Below are positions 27,106 through 40,147 of a stretch of 64,000 nucleotides of DNA, piece by piece. The notes beneath the pieces were generated by a model, which had not been told where the DNA came from, made no database searches, and worked only from the letters and a program-made list of their open reading frames with translations. The translations under genes and the position numbers were made by a program. The stretch is from the NCBI GenBank assembly GCA_040387495.1, contig JAZKDQ010000015.1, positions 1,238-65,237 of the forward strand, written 5' to 3'. The stretch is from Pseudomonadota bacterium. Lineage in GTDB: Bacteria; Pseudomonadota; Alphaproteobacteria; Paracaedibacterales; CAIOTO01. Position 1 is the first letter of the stretch, and every line of letters begins with the position of its first letter.

Positions 27106-29238
27106 ATGTCCAAAAAAATCATACTCCGCATTTTCGCAATAGTTACCACCTTTGCTGTTATTGCATTGATAGCACCAACATTTATTAACTGGAATTCATA
27201 CAAAAAACCTTTGTTGGAGCTGATAAACAAGCAAACGGATTTTAATGTAACAATAGATGGAGACATTCAATTGTCATTGTTGCCAAGACCATACCTTAGT
27301 GTTGGTCAGGTTTCTGTTAAAAATCAGAATGATCCACAGAGAAAAAATGCTGAACCTCTTGTTAAACTTAAACAGCTATCATTCGCCATTGACTTTCTAC
27401 CACTTTTAAGCAAGAAAATTTCCATCAGAAGTGTTGAGCTAATTGAGCCTGTTATTTCGCTCAATAAACAAACAGATGATACAAAAGATAGCGTTTCTGT
27501 CTCAGTGAATTTATCCACAAAAAGAACGCATGATTCATTAAATAAAAATGATAAAAAAGAACATCAGCAAGCTAAAAATCAAAAAGATGAAAAGAATGAA
27601 GCTTTATCCCTAAATATTACAAAAGCCTCCGTTGTTGACGGTTCTGTTATCTTAATTGATTCAAAGACAAAGAAAAAAACAGAAATTAAGGCTATTAATC
27701 TTGGAGGTGGCTTTAGTTTTACACATGGTTTTGACATGAAGGCTGGCGCGAATGTTGATGGTATGAAGGTCAATGGTACGATTAAAGGTGGTGCTTTTGT
27801 TAATGGTTTGCCGAGCACATTGGATGCACACTGTGAGGTAGCACAAGAAAAAGGAATACAAGGCGCTGTCACACTTTCAGGTACACATAAAGATGGCCTT
27901 TTCACAATTAAAGCATCATCCGATGCGGTAAAAGTGCCAATGCAAATTCAAGTTGGCACGCAGACAATAGATCTAGCTAAAGGTGTGCAGTTTAATGTGG
28001 ATGCAGTTATGCATGATAAAGTCGTTACAATTAATGCACTTAAAGCAAAAGCGGCGGACATTAATCTAACGGGGAAGGGGACCTTTAATATTGAAAAGAA
28101 TGTCGGTTTTCTGGCTATAGCACTAACATCAAATATGCTAAACTCAACTGGTACTGTTGGTGTGGATTTAAGTCAAGCTAAACCAATGCTGACTATAGAC
28201 CTTGTTCTACCAAAAGTAGATGATAAAGCGTGGACAAAAGCTACTAACACGAAAACAGCATCTGGAGCAGCATCTGGTGAAAAATCACAGCATGAAAAGG
28301 CTCATCAAACATCAAAAGAGCGTTGGTCTAAAGATCCTATTAACTTAAGTGCGCTTCAATCAGTGAATGCGGATGTATCTCTTGCAATTGATAAATTAAG
28401 TCTTAACGACATTAATGCGAGTAAGGTTAAGCTTCGTTTGAATATCAATAACGGGGTAGCAACAATCAAGCAATTATCAGCCAATGTTTTTGATGGTGGT
28501 GCTACTTTAACAGGCACACTTGATAGTAAGTCAGGTCAGCTGACAACTGATGCTAAGTTAGCCAGCATGAATGTGCTGAAATTGCCGGGTGTAAAGGGAT
28601 CAGCACTTAAATCAGGTACGTTGAATCTTTCGGCAGCTATCACAACAAGGGCAACATCTATGTACGCTATCATTAATCACTTAAATGGCACCGGTAATTT
28701 GGATGTTAGCAAAGGTGTTGTTGAAGGTGTTGATATCAAACAGTTTATTGCTGATTTAAAAATGACGAAGGATGTCAGTGGTTTATCAAAATTAAAAGCA
28801 TCATTTGATCGTAAGGCTGATATGACATTTAATCATGTTCGCGGTGATGTTAAATTAACGAATGGTGTCGCGAATACGCGTAACTTTGAAATCGATATGA
28901 ACGAAGGTATGATTAAAAGTGCAGGAACTGTGGACTTACCAAATTGGAAATTGGCACTTAATTCAACATTGATTGTTCGTGATGCAAAGAATTTACCGAA
29001 CCTTAGTGTTAATATCACAGGTCCAATTGACCAGCCACAGTTTGCGTTGGATATGGATCAATTGCAAAAAGCATTGCTACAGCTTGCGGCGAATCAATTG
29101 GCTGATCGTGCGAAAGATACTGTGAAAAAGAAGATCACTGAACAACTTGGTGGCGCTGTTAAAGGCGACATAGCTGATAAAGTTGGCGGGGAAGCTGCAA
29201 AAGCTATCGGGAAACTTTTGCCAGGATTATTTGGGTAA
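27106..29238 (+). CDS. AsmA-family outer-membrane biogenesis protein
   Basis: 710 aa. It has an N-terminal TM anchor followed by IDGDIQLSLLPRPYLSVGQVSVKN, and a C-terminal AsmA_2-like region (SANVFDGGATLTGTLD...GTGNLDVSKGVVEGVDI...NGVANTRNFEIDM). Confidence 0.75.
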   Translation: MSKKIILRIFAIVTTFAVIALIAPTFINWNSYKKPLLELINKQTDFNVTIDGDIQLSLLPRPYLSVGQVSVKNQNDPQRKNAEPLVKLKQLSFAIDFLPLLSKKISIRSVELIEPVISLNKQTDDTKDSVSVSVNLSTKRTHDSLNKNDKKEHQQAKNQKDEKNEALSLNITKASVVDGSVILIDSKTKKKTEIKAINLGGGFSFTHGFDMKAGANVDGMKVNGTIKGGAFVNGLPSTLDAHCEVAQEKGIQGAVTLSGTHKDGLFTIKASSDAVKVPMQIQVGTQTIDLAKGVQFNVDAVMHDKVVTINALKAKAADINLTGKGTFNIEKNVGFLAIALTSNMLNSTGTVGVDLSQAKPMLTIDLVLPKVDDKAWTKATNTKTASGAASGEKSQHEKAHQTSKERWSKDPINLSALQSVNADVSLAIDKLSLNDINASKVKLRLNINNGVATIKQLSANVFDGGATLTGTLDSKSGQLTTDAKLASMNVLKLPGVKGSALKSGTLNLSAAITTRATSMYAIINHLNGTGNLDVSKGVVEGVDIKQFIADLKMTKDVSGLSKLKASFDRKADMTFNHVRGDVKLTNGVANTRNFEIDMNEGMIKSAGTVDLPNWKLALNSTLIVRDAKNLPNLSVNITGPIDQPQFALDMDQLQKALLQLAANQLADRAKDTVKKKITEQLGGAVKGDIADKVGGEAAKAIGKLLPGLFG

Positions 29239-29272
29239 TAGTTATAGGGTTGTTGGATTGTAGGAGAACATA

Positions 29273-29704
29273 ATGAATATACCAGTTACGAGTTATGCTC
29301 ATAGAATATTTCCAAGAATGGAAAGGTATTTTAAATTTGGTTTTTCAGATAAAAATTATAAGGATTACCCTATTAATTTAGAACTTAATGAAACGCCTAT
29401 CGGGGTATATGAAAATACACCTAATCAGATAAAAGGAAGCATTATTATCACTGATAAAGGTCTGCATTATTGTGTTGAAGATAATTACTCAAAAACAGTA
29501 TATTACGGTGATATAGAGGACAAAAATATTTCAGAAGATAAACTAACAGTTACTGTTTTAGATATATACTTGAAAGATGGTTCTATATTTTATTTGCCTG
29601 TAAATCGTAATTCCAAAAATAGTAAATTTAGTGATTTATTTGAAATTTGGCATTTTTTGAATAATGTTACTCATGAACTTCGAAAATCAAAAAACACGGA
29701 GTAA
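29273..29704 (+). CDS. Hypothetical protein (Asn/Lys/Tyr-rich, AT-rich coding)
   Basis: A 143-aa ORF 34 nt after asmA. No family recognised. The composition looks more AT-rich than the neighbours by eye. Confidence 0.45.
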   Translation: MNIPVTSYAHRIFPRMERYFKFGFSDKNYKDYPINLELNETPIGVYENTPNQIKGSIIITDKGLHYCVEDNYSKTVYYGDIEDKNISEDKLTVTVLDIYLKDGSIFYLPVNRNSKNSKFSDLFEIWHFLNNVTHELRKSKNTE

Positions 29705-29848
29705 AAATAATTGATGTAATTTTGCTTCCCTCACATTATCATTTCCAAAAAAACTCGAAAAAAGCCCTTCTTTTGGGTAATACAAAAACCCCCTGGCATC
29801 AATCACCGTTGATGTGGTACGAATAGTGGTACTCATTGAAACACAAAC

Positions 29849-30997
29849 ATGGAATCGTTTATGCATATCTCAGTTGAAAAAGCCCCATTTTTAAAAGTTC
29901 TAGGGCACGGACAAAGCGTTGTTGAAAAAAAAACAACCGTGCCAATTATAAGCACAGTTTTGTTGCATGCTGTTGATGGTCAATTGTCTGTGACAGCAAC
30001 TGATATGGATATGGCGTTGATTGAACGTATTCCGGTTGAAGTGAAAGTTGCTGGTTCTGTATGTGTTTCAGCGTCATTGCTTCATGATATCGTGAAAAAA
30101 CTAAACGATAAAAAAGTAATTGATCTTACCGTAAGTGATGATGGATCGCGTTTGTTTATCGTATCTGGTCGTTCACGTTTTGATATGGGTTGTTTGCCTG
30201 TTGAAGATTTTCCGCAGCTTGTTCAAAGTGAAATCACGCATCGTTTTACGTTGCCAGCACCTGTTTTTAGGCACCTTATAGATTCTACACGTTTTTGTAT
30301 GGCAGTTGAAGAAACACGGTATTATCTAAATGGCATTCATTTCCATGCACATGAAGAAGGTGGCGTTCAATATTTACGCGCCGTTGCAACAGATATGCAC
30401 CGTCTTGCGTGCGTTGAATGCGAAGCACCTGAAGGTGTTAAAGACATGCCGCAAGTGATCATTGCACGCAAAACAGTGCAAGAAATTCGAAAATTGCTTG
30501 ATGATGCAGAGGCGCCAATTCAAATTGGATTGTCATCAACACGCGTTGAATTTAACGTTCAAGGTGCTGGGTATGACGCTGTTTTGACAGCACGGCTTGT
30601 TGAAGGAACATTCCCAGAATATCAAGCTGCTATATTGGTGGAAAATGATAAGTCATTGATTGTTCTTACGAAATCATTTGCTGAAAGTATTGATCGTGTC
30701 GGCACTGTTGTAACGAATGATAAACTACGAGCGATTCGTTTGAGTGCATGCGATAATCAAGCGACGTTGTCAGCTGTTAGTCAAGACTACGGTAGTGCAA
30801 TTGAAGAAATGGATGTTGATTTTGCTTATACTGATAAAGTAGATGTATGTTTTAATGTGCGTTATATGATGGAAGTGGCTCAGCAAATTAACACGGAAGA
30901 GATGGAGCTGTTGTTGCTTGATTCAGATTCTTCGCTTGTCATTAAACCTGTTGGTAATCCACACATGGTATTTATTTTAATGCCGATGGAAGTCTAG
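29849..30997 (+). CDS. dnaN: DNA polymerase III beta sliding clamp
   Basis: 382 aa with a three-domain clamp pattern (TVPIISTVLLHA..DGQLSVTATDMDMAL, RYYLNGIHF, ATDMHRLA, EGTFPEY) and the C-terminal PMEV. The start may be the ATG at 29861. Confidence 0.95.
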   Translation: MESFMHISVEKAPFLKVLGHGQSVVEKKTTVPIISTVLLHAVDGQLSVTATDMDMALIERIPVEVKVAGSVCVSASLLHDIVKKLNDKKVIDLTVSDDGSRLFIVSGRSRFDMGCLPVEDFPQLVQSEITHRFTLPAPVFRHLIDSTRFCMAVEETRYYLNGIHFHAHEEGGVQYLRAVATDMHRLACVECEAPEGVKDMPQVIIARKTVQEIRKLLDDAEAPIQIGLSSTRVEFNVQGAGYDAVLTARLVEGTFPEYQAAILVENDKSLIVLTKSFAESIDRVGTVVTNDKLRAIRLSACDNQATLSAVSQDYGSAIEEMDVDFAYTDKVDVCFNVRYMMEVAQQINTEEMELLLLDSDSSLVIKPVGNPHMVFILMPMEV

Positions 30998-31049
30998 TTG
31001 AAACTAAAATTAAAAATTATTCAGAATAACTCTGTATTCATCTTAATAA

Positions 31050-31072
31050 ATCCTCGGGTTAAACCCGAGGAT
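31050..31072 (+). terminator. GC-rich hairpin between dnaN and recF
   Basis: ATCCTCGGG-ttaaa-CCCGAGGAT, a 9-bp stem with a 5-nt loop. There is no clear T-run afterwards, so it may be a partial terminator, a processing site or a stability element. Confidence 0.4.
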
Positions 31073-31089
31073 AACAGACGGGTAGCGCA

Positions 31090-34616
<3,527 letters not shown>

Positions 34617-34727
34617 TGGACTTTATAAAAAGTAATTAAGCCTTTGTTTGATTGACTTTTGGTTGCCATATTAAAAAAATTTAGTTATATTTAAAAATTA
34701 TCTAATTCATAAAAAGGACGAATAATT

Positions 34728-35054
34728 GTGGTTAAGTTAGAATGGGGTACAAAGCGTACGTGTCTTAGTTGTGGAGCACGATTTTACGATTTGCAGAAAA
34801 CACCACCGACATGTCCAAAGTGCGGTACAATTTTTGAAATGCAAACGGCAAGCCGTGGCCGTCGAGGAAAAGCGGCAATCGTTGATGTAACAAAAGACTT
34901 GTTGGCACTTGATGGTGTTGGAGTGGATTTGGATCTAGATTTAGGTGCAGATATTGATGGTGACATTGGTGCTGATTTAATTGAAGACACTGACGATTTG
35001 GATGAAGGTCTTAATGATATCCCAGATGTATTAAATGGAGATGATGATCTCTAA
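34728..35054 (+). CDS. TIGR02300-type zinc-ribbon protein with acidic tail (FYDLN_acid family)
   Basis: 108 aa with a GTG start. KRTCLSCGARFYDLQK.PPTCPKCG contains the eponymous FYDL motif, followed by a Asp/Leu-rich acidic C-terminus. Confidence 0.8.
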   Translation: MVKLEWGTKRTCLSCGARFYDLQKTPPTCPKCGTIFEMQTASRGRRGKAAIVDVTKDLLALDGVGVDLDLDLGADIDGDIGADLIEDTDDLDEGLNDIPDVLNGDDDL

Positions 35055-35130
35055 GATTAAATTATATATTTAACTTCTTTAATAATCTACAGTATGAAAA
35101 TTGCATGTAGTTATCATCTTATACTATTGT

Positions 35131-35184
35131 TATTCCCGCGACTCGACACGGCATATCCCTAGGCCTAACCGGGAAGCGGGAATA
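35131..35184. other. Isolated GC-rich inverted repeat in a 419-bp AT-rich spacer
   Basis: TATTCCCGC (35131-35139) pairs with GCGGGAATA (35176-35184). The interior contains TCCC/GGGA pairing and the palindrome TAGGCCTA. There is no T-run after it. Confidence 0.35.
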
Positions 35185-35473
35185 TAGAAATAACGTGTGA
35201 TAAGCACTTGTGTCATAGTGCTCTGCTCTTAACTAATCTAAATTTTGCCATGCGACTATACACTAACTTTGTTTTATTTTTGGTTTGTATTAAAATAAAA
35301 ATCATATCTTGCTAAAATTTAAATTAAATTAGCATGAATATGACTCATCTTAAAGGCCTGTCAATAATAAGGGCAAATAGATTCAATTTGCACCATTTTC
35401 CACTTTGTTGATTGATAAATGCTTGCTATCGTTAACGTGTACCTTAAAAATAACCTGATTGAATTGTAGTCCC

Positions 35474-37906
35474 ATGAGCACGAAAATAACAAATATAACG
35501 CTAACATGCTTAATTGTTTTATGGCTTCTTCTTGTTTGCAGTACGGTTTACGGTGCGCTAGTAATTTATGAAAATTCATGGTTTTTATGGGTCATTGCCT
35601 CTGGCATATTATTTGTTGGTTTATTAATTTCTTTTCTTACGTTGCATGATCGACATTTATTAAAACATCTATCACAGCATGCGCAATTAATAAGAACAAC
35701 AGCTGCTGCACTTGGTCATCATCATGAAATTATTGTTTTTGACGAGAATGGACAAACAGTTTTCACAACGCATCCACATGCTTACCCACACAAACGTGAA
35801 TTCTTAAGAAAAATCATGTTGCGTATATCGCCAACAGCAGAAGCAACACAGTTTAAGTTATGGGTGGATGAATGCCAGCCTGGTATATGTTTGCTTGTAG
35901 GTGGAGGTGATGGCTTAGGACAACAAAAACGGTGGTGGTTATCACACGTATCATCACTAGACCCATTAAAAATGAATGGGAAACATTTTGTCTTAGTTAC
36001 ACTCACAGATGTGACATCACACCTTGACGGATATGACCAGGTAAAAAATAATTATAAACAAGTTGAAGGTTTTATTGACAATGCGCCTTTTGGAATTGTT
36101 TACATTAATGCTACGCATCACCTTATTGGTTTAAACGATACATTTACACAATGGATTTCTCAATCGAAAGAACGTGTTTTAGGGCAACCTCTTAGAGATT
36201 TTATTGATTTTCAAAATGCTGATTCAAGCCAGACTACTGTTGTTACAATTAAGCCCAATAAGCAACAATCATTTAAAGCTTTGTGGTTTCCACCCCAAAT
36301 AAAAAATGGCCGGTTGTCTGCTGCCTTAATATGCAAACTTGATGCAATGACAAAACTTGAAAATGATGATAAAAATTTATCAACGCAGGCAGGCTTTCTA
36401 TGCGCACCTATTCCATCCGTTATAATTGAAGAAACAGGTATTATTTCAGCATTAAATCCTGCATTTACGACGTTAATCACTGATATAGCGCGTGTTGATG
36501 GAAATACACCTAATATCGGAAATAATTTTTTTGATTTACTCGAGCCATCACATAAAGATGAAATTAGTCAGAAATTAAATCAAGCCCGTGCAGCAGACGG
36601 AGATATTCCACCTTTTGATATTCGGTTTAACGGTGATAAAATGCATTCCACAGCCTATGTTCGTGTTATTGGCAATTCTATCGGTTTAACGCAAGACTCA
36701 CCATTAATTATCCAATTCATTGATACGTCTGAACAGAAACGTTTGGAACAACAGTTTATTCAATCTCAGAAAATGCAAGCTGTAGGTCAGCTGGCTGGTG
36801 GTATTGCCCATGACTTTAATAACTTGCTAACAGCAATGATTGGTTTTTGTGATTTATTGCTGCAGCGGTACATGCCTAATGATCCATCCTATACAGATAT
36901 TATTCAAATTAAACAAAATGCAAATCGTGCAGCAAATTTGGTAAGGCAGTTGCTCGCCTTTTCAAGGCAACAAAATTTACAACCAAAAGTACTTCACATA
37001 ACAGATACTTTGGCTGAATTATCAGCTTTGCTTCGTCGCCTTATTGGTGCACGTATTGATTTGCAAATGGTACATGGCCGTGATTTATGGCCTGTTATGG
37101 TTGATGCAAGTCAATTGGAGCAAGTTATTATTAACTTAGCTGTAAATGCCCGTGATGCAATGACTGATGGTGGGAATCTGATCATTCGCACAAGCCAGTA
37201 TTATAATAAAACGTCGCAACAATTAGGTCATGATTCAATGCCTATTGGTGATTATGTGCTAATTGAAGTTGTTGATACAGGACATGGTATTGATCCAGAA
37301 ACAATGGAGCACATATTTGAACCATTTTTCTCAACAAAAGAAGTTGGTGCAGGCACAGGCCTTGGTCTGTCAACAGTATATGGGATTGTTAATCAGACGG
37401 GTGGTTTTGTTGGTGTTGAAAGTAAACTTGAGCAAGGAACGTCATTTAAAATTTATTTGCCGCGATATAGTGGCGAAGAAGTGGTGCATGTACCAGTTAT
37501 AGAAGCACCTGCGGGAGATTTAACAGGAAATGAAACTATTTTACTTGTTGAAGATGAAGACGCTGTACGTTTGTTTAGTGCCCGTGCGCTGCGTGATAAA
37601 GGGTACAAAGTCATTGAAGCAGAAAATGGTGATAAAGCGCTTGAAATTGTAGAGCAAGGACAAAGTTTTGATCTATTAGTCACTGATGTTGTTATGCCTC
37701 ATATGGATGGCCCAACACTTTGTAAAAAAATTCGTGATATCCATCCGAATATGAAAACAATTTTTATATCTGGGTACACGGAAGATACATTTAGAAAAAA
37801 TTTAGGGCACAATGCTGATATTCACTTTTTACAAAAACCATTTACCTTGAAAGATTTAGCACAAAAAGTGAAGGATGTTTTGAGATTTAAGGATAAGACT
37901 GCTTAA
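35474..37906 (+). CDS. cckA: Membrane-bound PAS-containing hybrid histidine kinase with C-terminal receiver, CckA-like
   Basis: The ORF track starts at TTG 35459, and the ATG at 35474 is a likely start. It has two N-terminal TM helices, a PAS-like middle region, the H-box QKMQAVGQLAGGIAHDFNNLLTAMIGF, an HATPase domain (DTGHGI, GTGLGLS) and a REC domain (ILLVEDED...LLVTDVVMPHMDG...SGY). The architecture and H-box fit CckA. The orthology call is tentative. Confidence 0.75.
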   Translation: MSTKITNITLTCLIVLWLLLVCSTVYGALVIYENSWFLWVIASGILFVGLLISFLTLHDRHLLKHLSQHAQLIRTTAAALGHHHEIIVFDENGQTVFTTHPHAYPHKREFLRKIMLRISPTAEATQFKLWVDECQPGICLLVGGGDGLGQQKRWWLSHVSSLDPLKMNGKHFVLVTLTDVTSHLDGYDQVKNNYKQVEGFIDNAPFGIVYINATHHLIGLNDTFTQWISQSKERVLGQPLRDFIDFQNADSSQTTVVTIKPNKQQSFKALWFPPQIKNGRLSAALICKLDAMTKLENDDKNLSTQAGFLCAPIPSVIIEETGIISALNPAFTTLITDIARVDGNTPNIGNNFFDLLEPSHKDEISQKLNQARAADGDIPPFDIRFNGDKMHSTAYVRVIGNSIGLTQDSPLIIQFIDTSEQKRLEQQFIQSQKMQAVGQLAGGIAHDFNNLLTAMIGFCDLLLQRYMPNDPSYTDIIQIKQNANRAANLVRQLLAFSRQQNLQPKVLHITDTLAELSALLRRLIGARIDLQMVHGRDLWPVMVDASQLEQVIINLAVNARDAMTDGGNLIIRTSQYYNKTSQQLGHDSMPIGDYVLIEVVDTGHGIDPETMEHIFEPFFSTKEVGAGTGLGLSTVYGIVNQTGGFVGVESKLEQGTSFKIYLPRYSGEEVVHVPVIEAPAGDLTGNETILLVEDEDAVRLFSARALRDKGYKVIEAENGDKALEIVEQGQSFDLLVTDVVMPHMDGPTLCKKIRDIHPNMKTIFISGYTEDTFRKNLGHNADIHFLQKPFTLKDLAQKVKDVLRFKDKTA

Positions 37907-38865
37907 TTTTCCTTTTGGATTAACTTGATAATCAGAGGTAATGCACGTTCACATTCCCTTAAGGGATTAAATGTGATTGGCCATGGAGCTTTTGCAAAAA
38001 CTGCATGTTGATTTTGTATTATTGTTTTGTAAAAGCGAGAAAAACGTTTATTTTTAATGGGAAGTTTCCAAATTTCAATGGGTTTCCCAAGATAACATGC
38101 TTCTGAAATCATGCTGATTGAATCACCTGTCACCAATATTTCATCTGCTGACCCTATATAATTAAAATAGGGATTCTCACCTGTGCCATCCCAAATAGTG
38201 ACATCAAGATTCGATAGTTCACGTTTTAAAATATCAATTCCTGATGTAGGTGTGCGACGAGACGGAGAGATTAAAATGTTTGTATTGGATTTATCTCTAA
38301 CTTTTTGTTTTAGATATGCTGCTATCTCAACAAAATCTGTTTCTTTAAATGTGTAATGTTTACTGTTGCCACCTAAAAGTATTGTAATGGTATAAGCATC
38401 CGGTTTCTTATTCACAGCAAAGGATACTTCTTTATGTGGGTGCAATGAACCAAGTGTTTCGATAACGTTTGGATGTACTCCAACTTCGTCGTGCTGAGGC
38501 GGGATAACAATAGTGAAGTAATCAAGAGAGCAGCGCGGCTTTAAAAGGGCAATAGTTGGTATTTTCTTTGCAAGTGGAGCTGCTAACAAATATGCCTGCC
38601 TGCCTGCAGCAACAATAAGTGATGGCTGGCCGTTCAAGCTTAATGTCGGCAAGAATCTTATTGGCAAATGACGAGTGAGGAAGGGTGTTAATATCTTAAA
38701 CCAAAACGGAAGATTAACGTCTATATAAATAGCATCTGCATTTAAGTGTTGTTCAAGCGGTTTGGCAAGGGCTTCACATTGCCGTAGTGTGCCAATTTTT
38801 CCTTTATCACATAAAACAAGGATAGTCTTTTGCCTATTACTAAGCACGCCTAAAGTTTTCAGCAT
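37903..38865 (-). CDS. ELM1/DUF1022-family (mitochondrial fission ELM1-like) protein
   Basis: The ORF track extends to 39021 across the upstream gene. A plausible start is the ATG at 38865 (MLKTLGV...TILVLCDKGKIGTLRQCEALAKPL), which gives a 26-nt overlap with the NDUFS4-like gene. The family call is from the N-terminal block and the size of about 320 aa. Confidence 0.65.
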   Translation of the reverse strand: MLKTLGVLSNRQKTILVLCDKGKIGTLRQCEALAKPLEQHLNADAIYIDVNLPFWFKILTPFLTRHLPIRFLPTLSLNGQPSLIVAAGRQAYLLAAPLAKKIPTIALLKPRCSLDYFTIVIPPQHDEVGVHPNVIETLGSLHPHKEVSFAVNKKPDAYTITILLGGNSKHYTFKETDFVEIAAYLKQKVRDKSNTNILISPSRRTPTSGIDILKRELSNLDVTIWDGTGENPYFNYIGSADEILVTGDSISMISEACYLGKPIEIWKLPIKNKRFSRFYKTIIQNQHAVFAKAPWPITFNPLRECERALPLIIKLIQKEN

Positions 38866-39127
38866 ACGTGCGACGTCTGGGAGATGCACTTTTGGTGGTT
38901 TCAATAGTGTAACGGAATTGATGGCGATCAGCGAATGCTCGTGCATCTTCAAGCGAATCAAACTTAAGTGAAATCTGTCGAAGTGTATCACCAGTAGAGT
39001 TCCATGCTGTTTCAAGATCACGGATACTACCTGGTGTGCCGCTTACTTCAAGGGTCCATCGACCCTGTATGGCTTTACCAGATTGTGCTGTTGATTTTGT
39101 TGTGGAAAATATTCGTGCATGGATCAT
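38840..39127 (-). CDS. ETC complex I subunit conserved-region protein (NDUFS4-like)
   Basis: 95 aa. ARIFSTTKSTAQSGKAIQGRWTLE...LKFDSLEDARAFADRHQFRYTIE...RTYAENF follows the NDUFS4/PF04800 pattern (aRIy.P.k.a.QSG...W.LeF...F.s.E.A..yA...g..y.v....k.YadNF). Confidence 0.8.
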   Translation of the reverse strand: MIHARIFSTTKSTAQSGKAIQGRWTLEVSGTPGSIRDLETAWNSTGDTLRQISLKFDSLEDARAFADRHQFRYTIETTKSASPRRRTYAENFRRA

Positions 39128-39143
39128 GTCTTGACCTCAAAAA

Positions 39144-39220
39144 TGGTCGGGAAGAGAGGATTTGAACCTCCGACATCCAGTACCCAAAACTGGCGCGCTA
39201 CCAGGCTGCGCTACTTCCCG
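39144..39220 (-). tRNA. tRNA-Pro (anticodon UGG), CCA encoded
   Basis: I folded the reverse complement by hand: CGGGAAG-TA-GCGC-AGCCTGGTA-GCGC-G-CCAGT-TTTGGGT-ACTGG-ATGTC-GGAGG-TTCAAAT-CCTCT-CTTCCCG-A-CCA. This gives a 7-bp acceptor stem, a 4-bp D stem, a 5-bp anticodon stem with a TT-TGG-GT loop, and a T-arm with a TTCAAAT loop. Confidence 0.92.
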
Positions 39221-39280
39221 AACTGGTGTTTTATTTATAGGCGAAAATTTGACTTATGGCAAGCGATTTCTCGATAAATT

Positions 39281-40075
39281 TTAAATATTAGGCATTCCAA
39301 TTAATGATGCTTGCCCACCATAGCGTATTTCATCGAGATGCGTTGAGCGTCTGTAGCTAAAATAATCATCAGCATGTGCATATGTATTTATAGGTGATGG
39401 GTTGATGTCTGCAATCCCAGCAATTTGCAAAGTACGATAAGCAGCCATAGGCAAATCAAAACCAAAGGTTTTAATTATACCCATTCCATTTGCTTTTGTT
39501 GGTGCTCTCCAGTGCATAAATAAATCGCTCGAATCTGGGAATGCATCATGGACATCTGAACCAACTTCATAGGATTCAGACCAGATACAAGGGCCAATTG
39601 CAGCCTTTATATGTTTACGTGAAGCCCCGAGCGATTCCATCGCTACAAGTGTATTTTGCAAAATTCCACCTGCAAGGCCTTTCCAGCCTGCATGAGCAGC
39701 GGCAATAACCTTATTAAAGGGGTCAAGGAATAATACTGGAACGCAATCAGCGGTTTGTATGCCTATAATCAAATTTTTTTGATGCGTAACAAGAGCATCA
39801 GCTGTAGGCACATCATCACCAAAAGGTCTATCGATAACAAGAACTGTATTCGTATGTTTTTGGCATGCAAACACTATTGGAATATTTTCCATAGATAGAG
39901 CATTAGCCATACGCTGTCGGTTTTGCATGACATTTTCTAGAAGATCACCTTTTTTCAGACTTACATTTAAGCTTTCAAACTCGCCTGTACTGGTACCACC
40001 TTTACGTCCGAAAAAACCATGCGCTAGCCAGGGAATATCATTTAAATTGGATGCTTTTAAATTTGGAGGGGTCAT
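39281..40075 (-). CDS. pgeF: Peptidoglycan editing factor PgeF / YfiH laccase-domain protein
   Basis: 264 aa. HGFFGR.GG.S, QKHTNTV, ADALVT, ADCVPVLF and AAHAGWKG, the DUF152/YfiH signature. Confidence 0.85.
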   Translation of the reverse strand: MTPPNLKASNLNDIPWLAHGFFGRKGGTSTGEFESLNVSLKKGDLLENVMQNRQRMANALSMENIPIVFACQKHTNTVLVIDRPFGDDVPTADALVTHQKNLIIGIQTADCVPVLFLDPFNKVIAAAHAGWKGLAGGILQNTLVAMESLGASRKHIKAAIGPCIWSESYEVGSDVHDAFPDSSDLFMHWRAPTKANGMGIIKTFGFDLPMAAYRTLQIAGIADINPSPINTYAHADDYFSYRRSTHLDEIRYGGQASLIGMPNI

Positions 40076-40147
40076 ACGTCTAACTTGCTGTATAAGAAGC
40101 TTTTCATGTAGGATACAGTAAAATAATGCAGTGTAAAATACCTTTAG

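Noticed and set aside
29705-29848. I searched for DnaA boxes (TTATCCACA or TGTGGATAA) upstream of dnaN as a sign of an origin.
   Set aside because: I found no convincing match (only TGTGGTAC). dnaA is not adjacent, which is normal for alphaproteobacteria.
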